Sequence record: DRR723986_9796
DNA length: 64,000 nt
Direction: 5' to 3' (one strand)
Position 1 is the stretch's first letter, and each line of letters starts with the position of its first letter. Under the pieces are notes generated by a model that did no database searches, was not told where the DNA came from, and saw only the letters and a program-made list of their open reading frames with translations. The translations under genes were made by a program, and so were the position numbers. Shown piece after piece: positions 9,651 to 20,293 of this stretch.

Positions 9651-11312
9651 TTATTCTTCTACTTCGCTTTGAGCGCCTTCTTCGATCGCGTAGATACGAT
9701 TTCGGTTGGAAATATAAAGCGAGCTATTCGCAACCACGGGCGTCGTGTAGACGGCACTCTCCATGCTGATCTCCGCCATTGGCTCTTGTGGCTCACTGGA
9801 TAGTTTGAAGATGCGAATGTAACCGTCTTCGTCACTGATGTAGACACGATCTTCTACGATCAAAGGGGATGCCCATGACGCGCTGAACATGTCGTACGTC
9901 CAATGTGCTTTACCCGTCTTGGCGTCGAGGCAGTGGAATACACCACTGAAGTCGGAAACGAACAAGAGGTTGTCTTTGATCGCAACCGTACCACAAGTGC
10001 GGTGCATGGTTGTCTCAAACTCTTCAGGATTGCTACCGACGTAGTGCCAGATAGCAGCAGAATTTGGATTATCCCGTTCGAAATCACCATCCTTCGGCAC
10101 GAGCGCTTGCAAGCGTTTGTGGTCGATTGGTGTTTCAGGATCCTTTGCGTTGTAAACCAAGGTAGGGCTCACGTCACCGCGCTTCGTTGGATCAATGCAC
10201 CATAGGTGCCCAGATCCTTCGCCGTGTTCTGGATCTTCGCCAACGCCAACGTAGACGAGTCCATCGTAGACAACTGGAGTCGCGATGATGTGATTGCGAG
10301 TTGCGCCTGCACCCAATTCGTAGAATGAATCTTTGGGATTGCAGTCGAACTTCCAGAGCAGCTTACCTTTACCGTCTTCACCGGCTGGATCGTAACTGTA
10401 AAGCCATCCGTCGCCGCCACCGAACAACACTTGGGCTTGTCCGCCAAGTTCCGCATAGGTCGGGCTCGACCATTGTCCGTGAAGAACATTCTCACCTGGC
10501 GTATTGTCAGCCCAAAGCAGTTTACCGGTGTCGCGATCCAAGCAAATAAAGCTGGGAGCGTCTTCAGCGGGCAGGTTAATGTGACCTTCGTCAACACCAT
10601 TGGAAGTGTTGACGAACAACATATTGCCGGCACAGGTGACCGAGCAGCTACACATATTGTGCTGACGAACATCCAGCTCTTGCATCATGTTGTAAGCCCA
10701 GATGACGTCGGCTTCATTCTTGTTTTCGTTCGGCTCATCCTTGGTTCCATCATTTTCGCCATCATGGAAGCCTTGGGTATCCAAACAAACGACTTCACCG
10801 CGGCTAGACACGTACCACAGTCGTTCGCCATCGATCAACGGTGCGGCGCAGATTCCTTGCTGCGGCCAATCGTGAACGCGTCCCTGCGGCAACTTTTCGT
10901 TTGAGTGCTGCCACAAGAACGTTCCGTCGTCTTCCTTGAAGCAAAGCAGCACACCGAGGTCGGTGGTGGCCGGATAGCGCTCAAGATAGCCAGCACCGTT
11001 GTTGGTACCCACGTAGACTTGGCCGTTTGCAATTACAGGGTTCCCGTAGGTTTCACTTCCCAACGGCATCGACCAGCGTACGTTCTTCCCGGAAGTCACA
11101 TCCCAGTCAGTTGGTACGTTTGGTTGATCGGTGACGTTGTTCCGAAGTTGCGAACCAGCCCACTGGGGCCAATCGGTCGCGCCAACCTCCAACGCACCGA
11201 TCCGCTTCTTTACTTCGCTGATCGCGTCGTAGTCTTCAGCAAGTGCAGATGGAGCCGCCGTGATGGCAACTCCAACGCACAGCAATGACTTATTCAATAG
11301 GTGTCGTAACAT
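9651..11312 (-). CDS. PQQ-binding-like beta-propeller repeat protein (BamB-like), secreted
   Basis: Signal peptide, DWPQWAG, repeated CLD..TG..LW and SSP/ATP blades. Confidence 0.9.
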   Translation of the reverse strand: MLRHLLNKSLLCVGVAITAAPSALAEDYDAISEVKKRIGALEVGATDWPQWAGSQLRNNVTDQPNVPTDWDVTSGKNVRWSMPLGSETYGNPVIANGQVYVGTNNGAGYLERYPATTDLGVLLCFKEDDGTFLWQHSNEKLPQGRVHDWPQQGICAAPLIDGERLWYVSSRGEVVCLDTQGFHDGENDGTKDEPNENKNEADVIWAYNMMQELDVRQHNMCSCSVTCAGNMLFVNTSNGVDEGHINLPAEDAPSFICLDRDTGKLLWADNTPGENVLHGQWSSPTYAELGGQAQVLFGGGDGWLYSYDPAGEDGKGKLLWKFDCNPKDSFYELGAGATRNHIIATPVVYDGLVYVGVGEDPEHGEGSGHLWCIDPTKRGDVSPTLVYNAKDPETPIDHKRLQALVPKDGDFERDNPNSAAIWHYVGSNPEEFETTMHRTCGTVAIKDNLLFVSDFSGVFHCLDAKTGKAHWTYDMFSASWASPLIVEDRVYISDEDGYIRIFKLSSEPQEPMAEISMESAVYTTPVVANSSLYISNRNRIYAIEEGAQSEVEE

Positions 11313-11325
11313 GAATCGGTGCCTC

Positions 11326-13578
11326 TTATTCGTTTTCGTAAACGTTTACGTTGTCAATGTAGAACTCAGCCAAGTCGCTCTTGCCGAACATTCCGGGGCT
11401 TCCGGTTGTATTCGGTACGGCGTCGGTTGCTTCGATTTGCCACTCGGCCGGCTCTTCTTCGTCACGCTTCCATACCTTGCCGCGTAGAACGGCCTTTCCA
11501 TCCACGTTTTCACTTCGGAATTTCATCCGATACCAAGTGTTGCCTTCCCATGGAAACTCAATCGTAGCGCTAAATCGTTGCTCGGTTCGAGGAGTCCAAG
11601 AGCGAATCTGCAATTGCCCTTCGCCCTTGTTCATCATGTCGAGCGTGTAGCGCTGATTGATCAGCCCCATGTCTGCTTTGTTGCCAGTCGTTTCGTTGAT
11701 GGTGGAATACACGTCTGCTTCGATCGTGTAATCGTGCAGCGTCGTCCAGCCCATCCAGCTCTGACTTCTTGTTCCGAGAGGAATCGTGCTGATCTTGCAA
11801 AGCACCTTCTCGCCCAGGACTTCCTTGGGCTGGTGGCGGTAGCGAGCACCGATCCAAGTAATCGGGACTTGGCCGTCGTTGAAATCGAACGACCAAGGTA
11901 GCGATGGCAGAACGCGAACACGTGCAGAACCTTCGACACCCTCAGCCTTTGCAGTAATGTTTACCGCCAAGTGGTCTGTGCCTTCGGGGGCAGTGTAAGT
12001 GCCATCGTCAGCGACAGTACCGCCACCATCGTCGACGGCAAACTCAGCGTCTTCGATCAGTTTCAAGTACTGGCCGTTAGCGTTGTAAGCTCGAACCTGA
12101 TAGGGAGTTGTTTGGCCGGGAGCAAGCATGGCTTCGACAGGAGCAACTTGCAGCCAAGCCACCTTGGTGTCTTCTTCAACCGGAGTCTCTGATGCAACTT
12201 CTGGCAAAGGATCTGCTGACACTTCGGCATCAGCATTGCCAATGCAGTAGATTCTCGATGCCGTGGTCAAATACATGCGACCTTGATAGAAAATTGGCGC
12301 TGCAATGATCTCATCGCCGTTCAATCGAACTCGAGTCACTTGTTCAACACCATCTTCGGTAGGATCGAAGACCCAGAAATTTCCGGCACCTTCGCTGCAG
12401 TAGATGTGCCCATCGCCGTAAAGGACATAGCCTGGCTTGCGTCCGACCTTACGTGAGTAGATTTCTTCACCAGTCTTCGCGTCGACAACCATGAACTTGC
12501 CTTTGATGTCGATGACGTACAATCGACCGTCGACAACAACTGGCTGGCCCTTTTCAATTTCTTCCGCGTCGATCTTCCACAACAGATCCTCTTCGTTGAT
12601 GGTTCCGCTAGTTCGACCATCGAAGGCAAACAATCCGCCCCGAAGCCGGGTGTCGGCGGCGCTTTGTTCGTGGAATCCGCAGTAGACGATCCCGTCCACA
12701 ACAGTTGGTGAGGTGAAGATACCGCGATTGGATGCCAGATAGCTCCAAATGATCTTTCCGGTCCGAGGCTGCATGGCGTGGACCTTTCCATCACCTGCAC
12801 CGAAGACGATCGCAGCCTGCCCGTCAAAATTGGTCAAGAACGGAGTACTGTAAGTCGTATCCTTCGGTTTCTTTGTCGTGCTGCTATACCAAATTGCCGC
12901 ACCGGAATTCTTATCAAAACCAATGAAACGATGAGCTGGAACTGCGTTGTCGCCCCACTGCGTCATTACACCACTAATGATGACAAAGTCCTCGAAGACG
13001 ATCGGGAAGTTTGTACGACCACCGTAAGTGCTGAGCATTCCGTATTCTTCGCTCAAAGCGTGCTGCCAGACAACTTCGCCGGTTTCACCTTCCAAGCACA
13101 AGAACTCGCACCCGAGTCCCAACCAGAAGACGCGGCCCGTTTCCGGATCACCAATCACGCTTGACCAACCAACGCGTTCGGCTGGTGCGTCGGACAAGAA
13201 CACGTTGTGCGACTTCGACCAGATCAGATCCCCTGTATTGGCATCAATGCATAGCAGTTGCTCGCCTTCTTCGCTGGTGTCGGGCTTGTAGCGCTTCACC
13301 ACGTACAGACGGCCGTCCATGATGATCGGCGTGCATCGCGTACCGTAGTCCTCATTCTCCCAAATGACGTTTTCACCCTTCGGTGACCAGTCTGTGGGCA
13401 AACCTTTGTCGCGGCTAATTCCGTTCGCCTCTGGCCCTCGCCAGTGGTACCAATCCGCTGGCTCTGCCGCTGCGGCCACTGGAGCAAGCATGGCGGTGAG
13501 CAAGAGAGACGCGATCAATAATGGCGTCTGGCGTTTGCCACGTTCAATCCAACGATGATCAAGGAGCATTTGTTTCAT
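11326..13578 (-). CDS. PQQ-binding-like beta-propeller protein with Ig-like and lectin-like C-terminal domains
   Basis: DWYHWRGPEANG, repeated D..TG..IW blades, C-terminal beta-sandwich region. Confidence 0.88.
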   Translation of the reverse strand: MKQMLLDHRWIERGKRQTPLLIASLLLTAMLAPVAAAAEPADWYHWRGPEANGISRDKGLPTDWSPKGENVIWENEDYGTRCTPIIMDGRLYVVKRYKPDTSEEGEQLLCIDANTGDLIWSKSHNVFLSDAPAERVGWSSVIGDPETGRVFWLGLGCEFLCLEGETGEVVWQHALSEEYGMLSTYGGRTNFPIVFEDFVIISGVMTQWGDNAVPAHRFIGFDKNSGAAIWYSSTTKKPKDTTYSTPFLTNFDGQAAIVFGAGDGKVHAMQPRTGKIIWSYLASNRGIFTSPTVVDGIVYCGFHEQSAADTRLRGGLFAFDGRTSGTINEEDLLWKIDAEEIEKGQPVVVDGRLYVIDIKGKFMVVDAKTGEEIYSRKVGRKPGYVLYGDGHIYCSEGAGNFWVFDPTEDGVEQVTRVRLNGDEIIAAPIFYQGRMYLTTASRIYCIGNADAEVSADPLPEVASETPVEEDTKVAWLQVAPVEAMLAPGQTTPYQVRAYNANGQYLKLIEDAEFAVDDGGGTVADDGTYTAPEGTDHLAVNITAKAEGVEGSARVRVLPSLPWSFDFNDGQVPITWIGARYRHQPKEVLGEKVLCKISTIPLGTRSQSWMGWTTLHDYTIEADVYSTINETTGNKADMGLINQRYTLDMMNKGEGQLQIRSWTPRTEQRFSATIEFPWEGNTWYRMKFRSENVDGKAVLRGKVWKRDEEEPAEWQIEATDAVPNTTGSPGMFGKSDLAEFYIDNVNVYENE

Positions 13579-13868
13579 TGCCTTGTTGCCTTGGGACTAA
13601 TTCAGAGATGGGGTGGGTCGAATTTGAGGCGCGGATCTCTGGTGGCTCTTTCGTGCAAGCCTGATCGCGGCCATTCTGGCAGTAAGTATCCACCGAAAGG
13701 GCAGCCGCATCTAGTAGCGGTACGAAGATCGGCATTCACGCTAAGTGCTAGCGATAATGATGTAACTCCAACTAGTGGCTGGAGTTCTGTCGATCTCGAG
13801 CTGAATTTGCGGTCACAGCTCGCGGGAGGAAGCAAATTTCGGGGAGGGAATTTTCAGGCGGGAGCGCT

Positions 13869-13896
13869 ATTATACTCCTCAGACGCCCACAATCAA
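13869..13896 (-). promoter_or_regulatory. Candidate sigma70 promoter for the PQQ-propeller pair
   Basis: Minus strand TTGATT-16 nt-TATAAT about 290 bp upstream of ATG 13578. Confidence 0.5.
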
Positions 13897-14122
13897 TTTC
13901 GCCCACCCCCGCAAGTTGCTAGGCCTGCAGGTTACTTAGGCGCAGGGCAGATCAGAGTTAGAAGCTGGGACACACACCGCGCAATGACGGCTGGTCTTTC
14001 GCATGAAGCGCGAGCTCTACAGCGACTTGTAGTCCGCAAGCCTAAGTTGGCCAATACTGATCATCCCAAGCCCGTCGTGCCCAGGGAGGAACTTCCAAAA
14101 GCTGTTCGGTCGGACCAGTGTA

Positions 14123-15982
14123 TCAACCGGCCGCTGTTTCGGTATTCTCAACCCGCGCCGCTTCTTCCGACGGACGCCAATCCACGAGATGCATTTCGAC
14201 ACTTCGGTAGCCGCGAAACTCATTGATAACTGGCCGGAAGGCGATATCAATTTTCCCCTGCACAGACGCCAGGGCTGGCAACCACGTCTCCGCGCCTCCG
14301 AAATGAACCGCTCGAATCTGCTTACCTCGCTGCGACAGCCGAACACTTAAGTGCTGCCCGGTCGCGCCCAGCGGCTTCGCTTCATCAGCAATCTCAACGC
14401 CTCGTGCGTAGAAGGCTGGCCTCGGATTCTCCGCCCCGAAAGGCCCCATTCGTTCAACCTGGCTGATGAGTGTCAAATCCAGTTGATCGAGCGTGGCCTC
14501 AGCATCCAATTGCAAATCGTTTAGCTGCTCAGCTTCATCTGACTGCTCAGCAACGGATTCTAAGAACGCGGAACGAAACGCCGCGACATTTTGATCTTCA
14601 ACGCGCAGCCCAGCCGCAGCAGCGTGACCGCCACCGGACACGAGCAAATCGCTGCACTGTTGGAGGGCTTGGTGAAGGTTGACGCCATTGGGGCTCCGCG
14701 CCGAACCGCTCCCAGGCGCCTTGCCAAGTTTATCCAGTGCAATCAATACAACAGGCCGATGATACTTCTCTGCTAGCTTGCCTGCGACAATTCCAATGAC
14801 CCCAGGGTGCCAACCAGGCGATGCAAGCACGAACGCCGGATCAGAATCGACGTCGTGGGTTTCCTTAAGCTGCTTTCCAGCCGAAAGCGTAATGCTGCGT
14901 TCCAGCTTTTGCCGGTTGCCGTTGAGTTCTTGGATATAGGTTGCCAGGGCTTCAGCCCGATCTGCATCTTCAGTAACCAGAAGCTCTACACCAAGCTGCG
15001 CCTGACCCAATCGTCCAGCAGCATTCAACTTCGGCGCCATAGTGAAACCGATGTCTTCAGAATCAAAGGCCGCTTTCGTGTCGATCTTATTCAGCTCCAT
15101 CAGCTTGCGCAAGCCGATCGGAGCATGACTTTTCAAGGTCTTGAGTCCGTTACGGACAATGACGCGGTTCTCATCTAACAAGGGAACGACATCGGCAACT
15201 GTTCCAATAGCCGCCAGACCAACCGCCTGCAACAAGTACTCTCGCAACCGTTCGCTTACGCGGGGTGAACCACTCTCGCGCTGGCAAAGACACCACGCAA
15301 GTTTGAACGCGACACCAGCACCACAGAGCCCAACGAACGGATAATCAGTCCCGGGCAGGGCAGGGTGCACAATCGCATCTGCCTCGGGAAGAGTGTCTCC
15401 GAAACGGTGATGGTCTGTCACGATCAATGTCAGACCCAGCTCCTTAGCGCGTCGAGCGGGTTCCAGACTGGCAATTCCGCAGTCCACGGTAATCACAACC
15501 TTCTTGCCACGAGCAGCAAGTTTTTCGATGGATCCTACGTGCAATCCGTAACCTTCTTCCATACGGTTGGGCAAATGATACGTCACCTGTGCGCCGAGCA
15601 ACGTCAAACACCGGTAAAGGATCGCTGTAGCCGTCATCCCGTCGGCATCATAGTCACCGTAGACGACGATACTTTCACGTGACTGGATTGCATCCCACAG
15701 CTTGTCCGCGGCTGACTCCAAGCCTGGCAACATCTCCGGCGGTCGCAGGTCCGTCAACTTTGCCTGTAGAAAGCGATTGATACTATCGGGCTCAATAATG
15801 TCACGCCGCAACAGCAACTGCGCAACGATCGGATGTACCTGAAAATCGTCGCTTAGCTTGCGTATTTCTCCGACATCGAACAGGGGCAAATGCCACCCTC
15901 TTCCAGAGATTGCGTGATTGTGCGGCCGAGCTGTTGGTTCGCTGCCTGCATCCATTCGAATCTGCCTGTCCTCGGCTGCCAC
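14123..15982 (-). CDS. recJ: Single-stranded DNA-specific exonuclease RecJ
   Basis: YGDYDADG, TVDCG, TDHH, NAAGRL, GSARS, GGHAAAAG; AGGAG 8 nt before the GTG. Confidence 0.97.
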   Translation of the reverse strand: MAAEDRQIRMDAGSEPTARPHNHAISGRGWHLPLFDVGEIRKLSDDFQVHPIVAQLLLRRDIIEPDSINRFLQAKLTDLRPPEMLPGLESAADKLWDAIQSRESIVVYGDYDADGMTATAILYRCLTLLGAQVTYHLPNRMEEGYGLHVGSIEKLAARGKKVVITVDCGIASLEPARRAKELGLTLIVTDHHRFGDTLPEADAIVHPALPGTDYPFVGLCGAGVAFKLAWCLCQRESGSPRVSERLREYLLQAVGLAAIGTVADVVPLLDENRVIVRNGLKTLKSHAPIGLRKLMELNKIDTKAAFDSEDIGFTMAPKLNAAGRLGQAQLGVELLVTEDADRAEALATYIQELNGNRQKLERSITLSAGKQLKETHDVDSDPAFVLASPGWHPGVIGIVAGKLAEKYHRPVVLIALDKLGKAPGSGSARSPNGVNLHQALQQCSDLLVSGGGHAAAAGLRVEDQNVAAFRSAFLESVAEQSDEAEQLNDLQLDAEATLDQLDLTLISQVERMGPFGAENPRPAFYARGVEIADEAKPLGATGQHLSVRLSQRGKQIRAVHFGGAETWLPALASVQGKIDIAFRPVINEFRGYRSVEMHLVDWRPSEEAARVENTETAAG

Positions 15983-16059
15983 TGACGCATCTCCTACGCA
16001 GGCGGTCTCGTTACCTTGAAATCACGATATTAAAATCGCGGACGTGTCGAATGGCGTGC

Positions 16060-16761
16060 CTAGCTTGGCACGTAGAGCAACCGCCCACAGGCCGGACAAA
16101 TGATAGGTTGGCCGATTTTGGTTCGATCGAGCAACTGGGGCGTCAGACTTTGGTAGCAGCCGCCACACGACTTGCCTTCCAACTCTGCCATCCCATCTTC
16201 GCCCTTTGCGCCGACCATTCGCTTGTACTCTCGGAGAAAATCGCCGGAGAGTTCTTTTTCGGCTTCGGTCAATTCTCCACCAACTCGCTCGAGTTCTGAT
16301 TCTAGCTTAACGCGTTTGTCCGCGATTCGTTGGGTTACCTCCTCGACCTCTTTCGCCACTTTGGCGAGGTTTTCTTCCGAGGCCTTGACGTCCAACTCCT
16401 GCTGATCGATCGACTCAAGGATTTCGAGAATCTCATCCGACAAAACGACGTTCGCCTGCGTATCCGCCGCTATCTGATCCTTGAGCGCTTGATACTCACG
16501 ATTCTCCTTGGCAGCGTTCAGCTTGCCATTGAGATCGACGATCTTGTTCTCACGCTCCTTCATCTGAAGCTGCTTACTATCAGCTTCGACCTTGGACCTC
16601 TTCAAGCCGTCACGGATCTCTTGCAACTGATCTTCGGCCGCCTTCAGCTTCAGGCCCGCAGCCGCGACAGCTTTGGGACCGCGTTGCAGTTGAGAATTCA
16701 GATCGGCTTTTTGTCGATTGATTCGATGCAATCGCTGAATAAGTGAGGCAGTTACCGTCAT
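16060..16761 (-). CDS. Coiled-coil C4 zinc-ribbon protein (DUF164-like)
   Basis: Long coiled coil, NREYQAL, C-terminal CGGC...CPACGRLLY. Confidence 0.9.
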   Translation of the reverse strand: MTVTASLIQRLHRINRQKADLNSQLQRGPKAVAAAGLKLKAAEDQLQEIRDGLKRSKVEADSKQLQMKERENKIVDLNGKLNAAKENREYQALKDQIAADTQANVVLSDEILEILESIDQQELDVKASEENLAKVAKEVEEVTQRIADKRVKLESELERVGGELTEAEKELSGDFLREYKRMVGAKGEDGMAELEGKSCGGCYQSLTPQLLDRTKIGQPIICPACGRLLYVPS

Positions 16762-16853
16762 GGGTCGTGAATTGTTCTTGAAACGAATAAACTAGGGTTC
16801 TGGGACGCAGCCAACACAGCGATTTTACCCTAGCAAACGTCGAAAGCATAGCA

Positions 16854-18242
16854 ATGGCATCTGCCCTGGAAAACCTGCAACGTTACGGCCAAGAACACCT
16901 GATGGCCTTCGCCGAAGAATTGTCCGAAGCGGACCGCAAAACACTTACCGAGCAAATCTCGGAAATCGATTTCCAGCAACTGGACAAACTCAACAACGGC
17001 TCCGAAAAGGTGATCGACTGGGCCGCACTGGCCAAGCAGGCCGAACCACCGACTGCATTTAAGCTGCTGGATCCCAACCCAACCATCACGGCCGAAAACG
17101 CCGCTGAAGCCGGGGACGCGGCACTGCGGGCGGGCAAAGTCGGAATGATCCTTGTCGCTGGCGGCCAGGGAACGCGACTTGGTTTCGACAAGCCGAAGGG
17201 CATGTTCCCGATCGGACCGTTGAGCGAGCGGACTCTGTTTCAGATGCACTGCGATCGCTTGCTGGCAGTCATGAAACGCTACGGCGTCGAAATCCCATTG
17301 TACGTAATGACCAGCCCCGCCACCGACGCGCTAACGCGCGAGTACTTTGCGGCCAACAACAATTGCGGACTGCCCGACGGTCTGCTGAATATCTTCTGCC
17401 AGGGCACCATGCCCGCGGTAGATGACTCAACGGGCAAAGTCCTGCTTAAGTCGAAACACGAAATTGCAGTTAGCCCCGATGGTCACGGCGGACTGGTCGC
17501 CGCTATGGCAAAGCGAGGCTGCCTGGACGACGCAGACTCACGCGGCATCGAACTGTTCTATTACGCCCAAGTCGACAACCCAATGGCGGAACTCTGCGAT
17601 GCTACTCTACTGGGATATCACTTGCTTTCATCTAGCGAGATGACGACTCAGGTCGTGAAGAAGCGATTTGCGACAGAGAAGGTTGGCAACGTGGTGACAA
17701 TCGATGGCAAGACCCAAATCATCGAGTATAGCGACCTGCCCGATGAAGCAGCCGAACTAACCAACAGTGACGGTTCCCTAAAGTTCTGGGCGGGCAATAT
17801 TGCAATCCACATTTTCGATCACAAATTCTTACGCTCCGTTGTCGACGACGCTGAAGGACTGCCATTCCATCGCGCACACAAGAAAGTGCCCTTCGTCGAC
17901 AGCGACGGTAACGCAGTCGAGCCAGAACAACCAAACGCTATTAAGTTTGAACGCTTCGTTTTTGATCTCTTGCCACTGGCGAAGAATGCGATCGTTGTCG
18001 AAGGTGATCCGGCAGAAGTTTTTGCGCCCGTCAAGAACGCTGATGGCGGACCTGTCGACACGCCCAGTGACACCCAAGAAGCTTTGCTGTCGCTACATCG
18101 ACGCTGGCTAACAGACGCAGGGGCCAAGATTGACGATGACGTGGAGATCGAAATCCACCCTGCTTGGGCACTCGACGCACCGGAGGTTCAATCTAAGCTA
18201 GAGCAAGGCACTCAATTTTCAGCCGACACGTTTTTGCGATAA
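16854..18242 (+). CDS. UDP-N-acetylglucosamine pyrophosphorylase (eukaryote-type UDPGP family)
   Basis: LVAGGQGTRLG..PKG, SPDGHGG, QVDNP, EKVG, EYSD, KFERFVFD, FAPVKN. Confidence 0.93.
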   Translation: MASALENLQRYGQEHLMAFAEELSEADRKTLTEQISEIDFQQLDKLNNGSEKVIDWAALAKQAEPPTAFKLLDPNPTITAENAAEAGDAALRAGKVGMILVAGGQGTRLGFDKPKGMFPIGPLSERTLFQMHCDRLLAVMKRYGVEIPLYVMTSPATDALTREYFAANNNCGLPDGLLNIFCQGTMPAVDDSTGKVLLKSKHEIAVSPDGHGGLVAAMAKRGCLDDADSRGIELFYYAQVDNPMAELCDATLLGYHLLSSSEMTTQVVKKRFATEKVGNVVTIDGKTQIIEYSDLPDEAAELTNSDGSLKFWAGNIAIHIFDHKFLRSVVDDAEGLPFHRAHKKVPFVDSDGNAVEPEQPNAIKFERFVFDLLPLAKNAIVVEGDPAEVFAPVKNADGGPVDTPSDTQEALLSLHRRWLTDAGAKIDDDVEIEIHPAWALDAPEVQSKLEQGTQFSADTFLR

Positions 18243-18269
18243 ACACCACACGAAAAGCAAGGCAAGACC

Positions 18270-18713
18270 ATGCACCGCAAACTATTCCCACTCCTCGGGC
18301 TCGCCACGATTTGCTTTGTCGCTTGTGCTGACTCGGGCGAATCGACCACCTCCAACGACGGAGCAGATGATCAAGCTTCCGGCAGCGAAGTCATCGCCCA
18401 GAAAGCTGTCGCTGGAGTCGGCAAACAGGGACAGAAGCTGAACCAACACTCCGATGCTCAAAAGATCATTTCCGGACCAGCGGCTGCGCTGATCAACTTC
18501 AAGCAGAAAGCCGTCTTGGAATTCAGCATCCCACAAGCGCTTCAACTCTTCAAAGCCAGCGAAGGGAGAATGCCCAAGTCACATGAAGAGTTCATGCAAA
18601 AGATAGTTGATGCAAACCGCCTTCAACTACCAACGCTGCCAGACGGGGCCGTCTACCGATTCAACACGGAAAAGGGCGAACTTTGGGTTTACCCTGAAGA
18701 TGAAGCCCCGTAG
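18270..18713 (+). CDS. Hypothetical lipoprotein
   Basis: Lipobox-like FVAC after a hydrophobic core; ALQLFKASEGRMPKSHEEFM. Confidence 0.75.
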   Translation: MHRKLFPLLGLATICFVACADSGESTTSNDGADDQASGSEVIAQKAVAGVGKQGQKLNQHSDAQKIISGPAAALINFKQKAVLEFSIPQALQLFKASEGRMPKSHEEFMQKIVDANRLQLPTLPDGAVYRFNTEKGELWVYPEDEAP

Positions 18714-18753
18714 CAGCCGGAAATCAACGGCAACCGGGAATCGACGGCAGCCG
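18713..18753. repeat. Imperfect 17-bp tandem repeat (about 2.4 units)
   Basis: gcagccggaaatcaacg / gcaaccgggaatcgacg / gcagccg between convergent genes. Confidence 0.6.
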
Positions 18754-18773
18754 CAACGACACTGGCTTTCGAC

Positions 18774-19919
18774 CTAGGTCACTACTGTTGCATCAATGAC
18801 TTGGTCCCCGCGCCGACGTTGCATTCTGTAGATCAAATAGCTACCGACTGCAGCAATCGCCAACAAGCTAACACCCAATATGGGCCGTACCGCAATCCAA
18901 GCGATCCCAATCGTCGTCAATGAAACGATAGCCGCCAGCAACATCGCAACGACGAACAAGATGCCCGATGTAATGTCGCCCAAGAACGGTAGGAAACTGA
19001 CCGCGGCACTGAGGGGGCGGAGGGTCATTGCGAATCCCATAACGCAGATGACCAATCCAACAAATCGCAGCACCCAGGCGAGGATTTTGTTCTCGATTCG
19101 AAGCTGCTCCATCACATCCGCTGCGCTCATGACACCCATGTAGAGCGAGTAGATCGGCTCACCGTTACTCGTACGATATTCGCCGAACGTCTCGCCTCGC
19201 AACTGGGCCACAAAGCTGACGTCGCCCGGGTCCACACACTCAAATCTGATTCGCATATCACCGACGATCGGCTGATCAGGATTGGGTACGACCTCTCTAC
19301 CGATAAACACTTCATTGTTTCGGAAAACCATCTTCTCCAGTTCCTCGGCTGGAAAAGTTTCACGCATCGCAGCCTCCGGGATCTCGATCGGTCGCCACTC
19401 GTCGATCATATCCACAAGTGGTTCACTCAATCGATATACGCCTACGTCGACTTCATCAGCCCTCCACGTCTTCTCACCGAAGGGCATGTCAGGATTGGAG
19501 TGCCCAGCGGACTCGCGAAACTGACTGCTGTCGATCGGCACATTCGACCAAACTCGCCGATAATCATAGTCCGTCCGATTGTTCTCGCTGTCGCGTCTCT
19601 CCGTTTCATCCCACTGATACATCTGTGGACGACGCGCCAAGTGGATTGCGCGCTCGCGAACAGGGAACTTGTCATCGCGAAGAATTTCGTCGGTATCGGC
19701 CAAGCCACTCATGTGCACCAGCTTTTGATCCAACTCACTTTGCAGCAGGCTCGGATCAGCAATGCTGACAACATCGGCAGCCGCTTCCTCGATTCCGCGA
19801 GCACGTCTTACCGTTCGATACTCGTTCCATGCATGCAGAACGACCGAACCTGGAATCATCAACAGGCCGATAAACATGGCAACAAATGAATTCTTCAGTC
19901 GCCGAAAGTAGCCAAACAT
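18774..19919 (-). CDS. TMEM43 (DUF1625) family membrane protein
   Basis: N-terminal TM then WNE, MYQW.E, P.VGD.R..F, C-terminal W.LR..G and AWIAVRP helices. Confidence 0.88.
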   Translation of the reverse strand: MFGYFRRLKNSFVAMFIGLLMIPGSVVLHAWNEYRTVRRARGIEEAAADVVSIADPSLLQSELDQKLVHMSGLADTDEILRDDKFPVRERAIHLARRPQMYQWDETERRDSENNRTDYDYRRVWSNVPIDSSQFRESAGHSNPDMPFGEKTWRADEVDVGVYRLSEPLVDMIDEWRPIEIPEAAMRETFPAEELEKMVFRNNEVFIGREVVPNPDQPIVGDMRIRFECVDPGDVSFVAQLRGETFGEYRTSNGEPIYSLYMGVMSAADVMEQLRIENKILAWVLRFVGLVICVMGFAMTLRPLSAAVSFLPFLGDITSGILFVVAMLLAAIVSLTTIGIAWIAVRPILGVSLLAIAAVGSYLIYRMQRRRGDQVIDATVVT

Positions 19920-20017
19920 CGTTGATATTTCCCGGTTTCAAGTTTGGACCAACGCCGCAGAAGGCAAGCTGGCTGAATCATAGCAGAAGAATTTGTCAGG
20001 GATGAAACCGCGGGGAA

Positions 20018-20293
20018 CTATGACTGTCGCTTTCGAATCTGCTCTCGCAGTTGGTCCACACGCTCGTGCAGCTCCGCGGTTGACCTCTCTTCAAGGACAC
20101 TTTCGTCGCTGAGCGACTCACCCATCAAATCCTCCAACATTCGCACGGTCGAGACCATCGCGGCTCTGTGCCCCTCTTCGCGGCCTTTCTCTAGGCCTTC
20201 TAACCTTGCCGCCATCATATTGGCTTGTTGATCGCGCTGGAATTTCAGCCGAGCTTCGTAGTAATGGCGTTCTTGCGGGGTGCGTGAAATCAT
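20018..20293 (-). CDS. Putative in-frame internal small protein (RpnS-like, 91 aa)
   Basis: AGGAG (20306-20302), 8-nt spacer, in-frame ATG 20293 at the start of the C-terminal domain. Confidence 0.5.
   Translation of the reverse strand: MISRTPQERHYYEARLKFQRDQQANMMAARLEGLEKGREEGHRAAMVSTVRMLEDLMGESLSDESVLEERSTAELHERVDQLREQIRKRQS

Noticed and set aside
13946-13959. 14-bp match GGCAGATCAGAGTT also at 35663-35676
   Set aside because: Several 14-mer matches are expected by chance in 64 kb, and the flanks do not align.
13555-14226. 223-aa + strand ORF
   Set aside because: It overlaps both flanking genes and a promoter region, and its composition is not protein-like.
18713-18753. CRISPR-like array
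   Set aside because: Contiguous 17-bp units with no spacers, and no cas genes.
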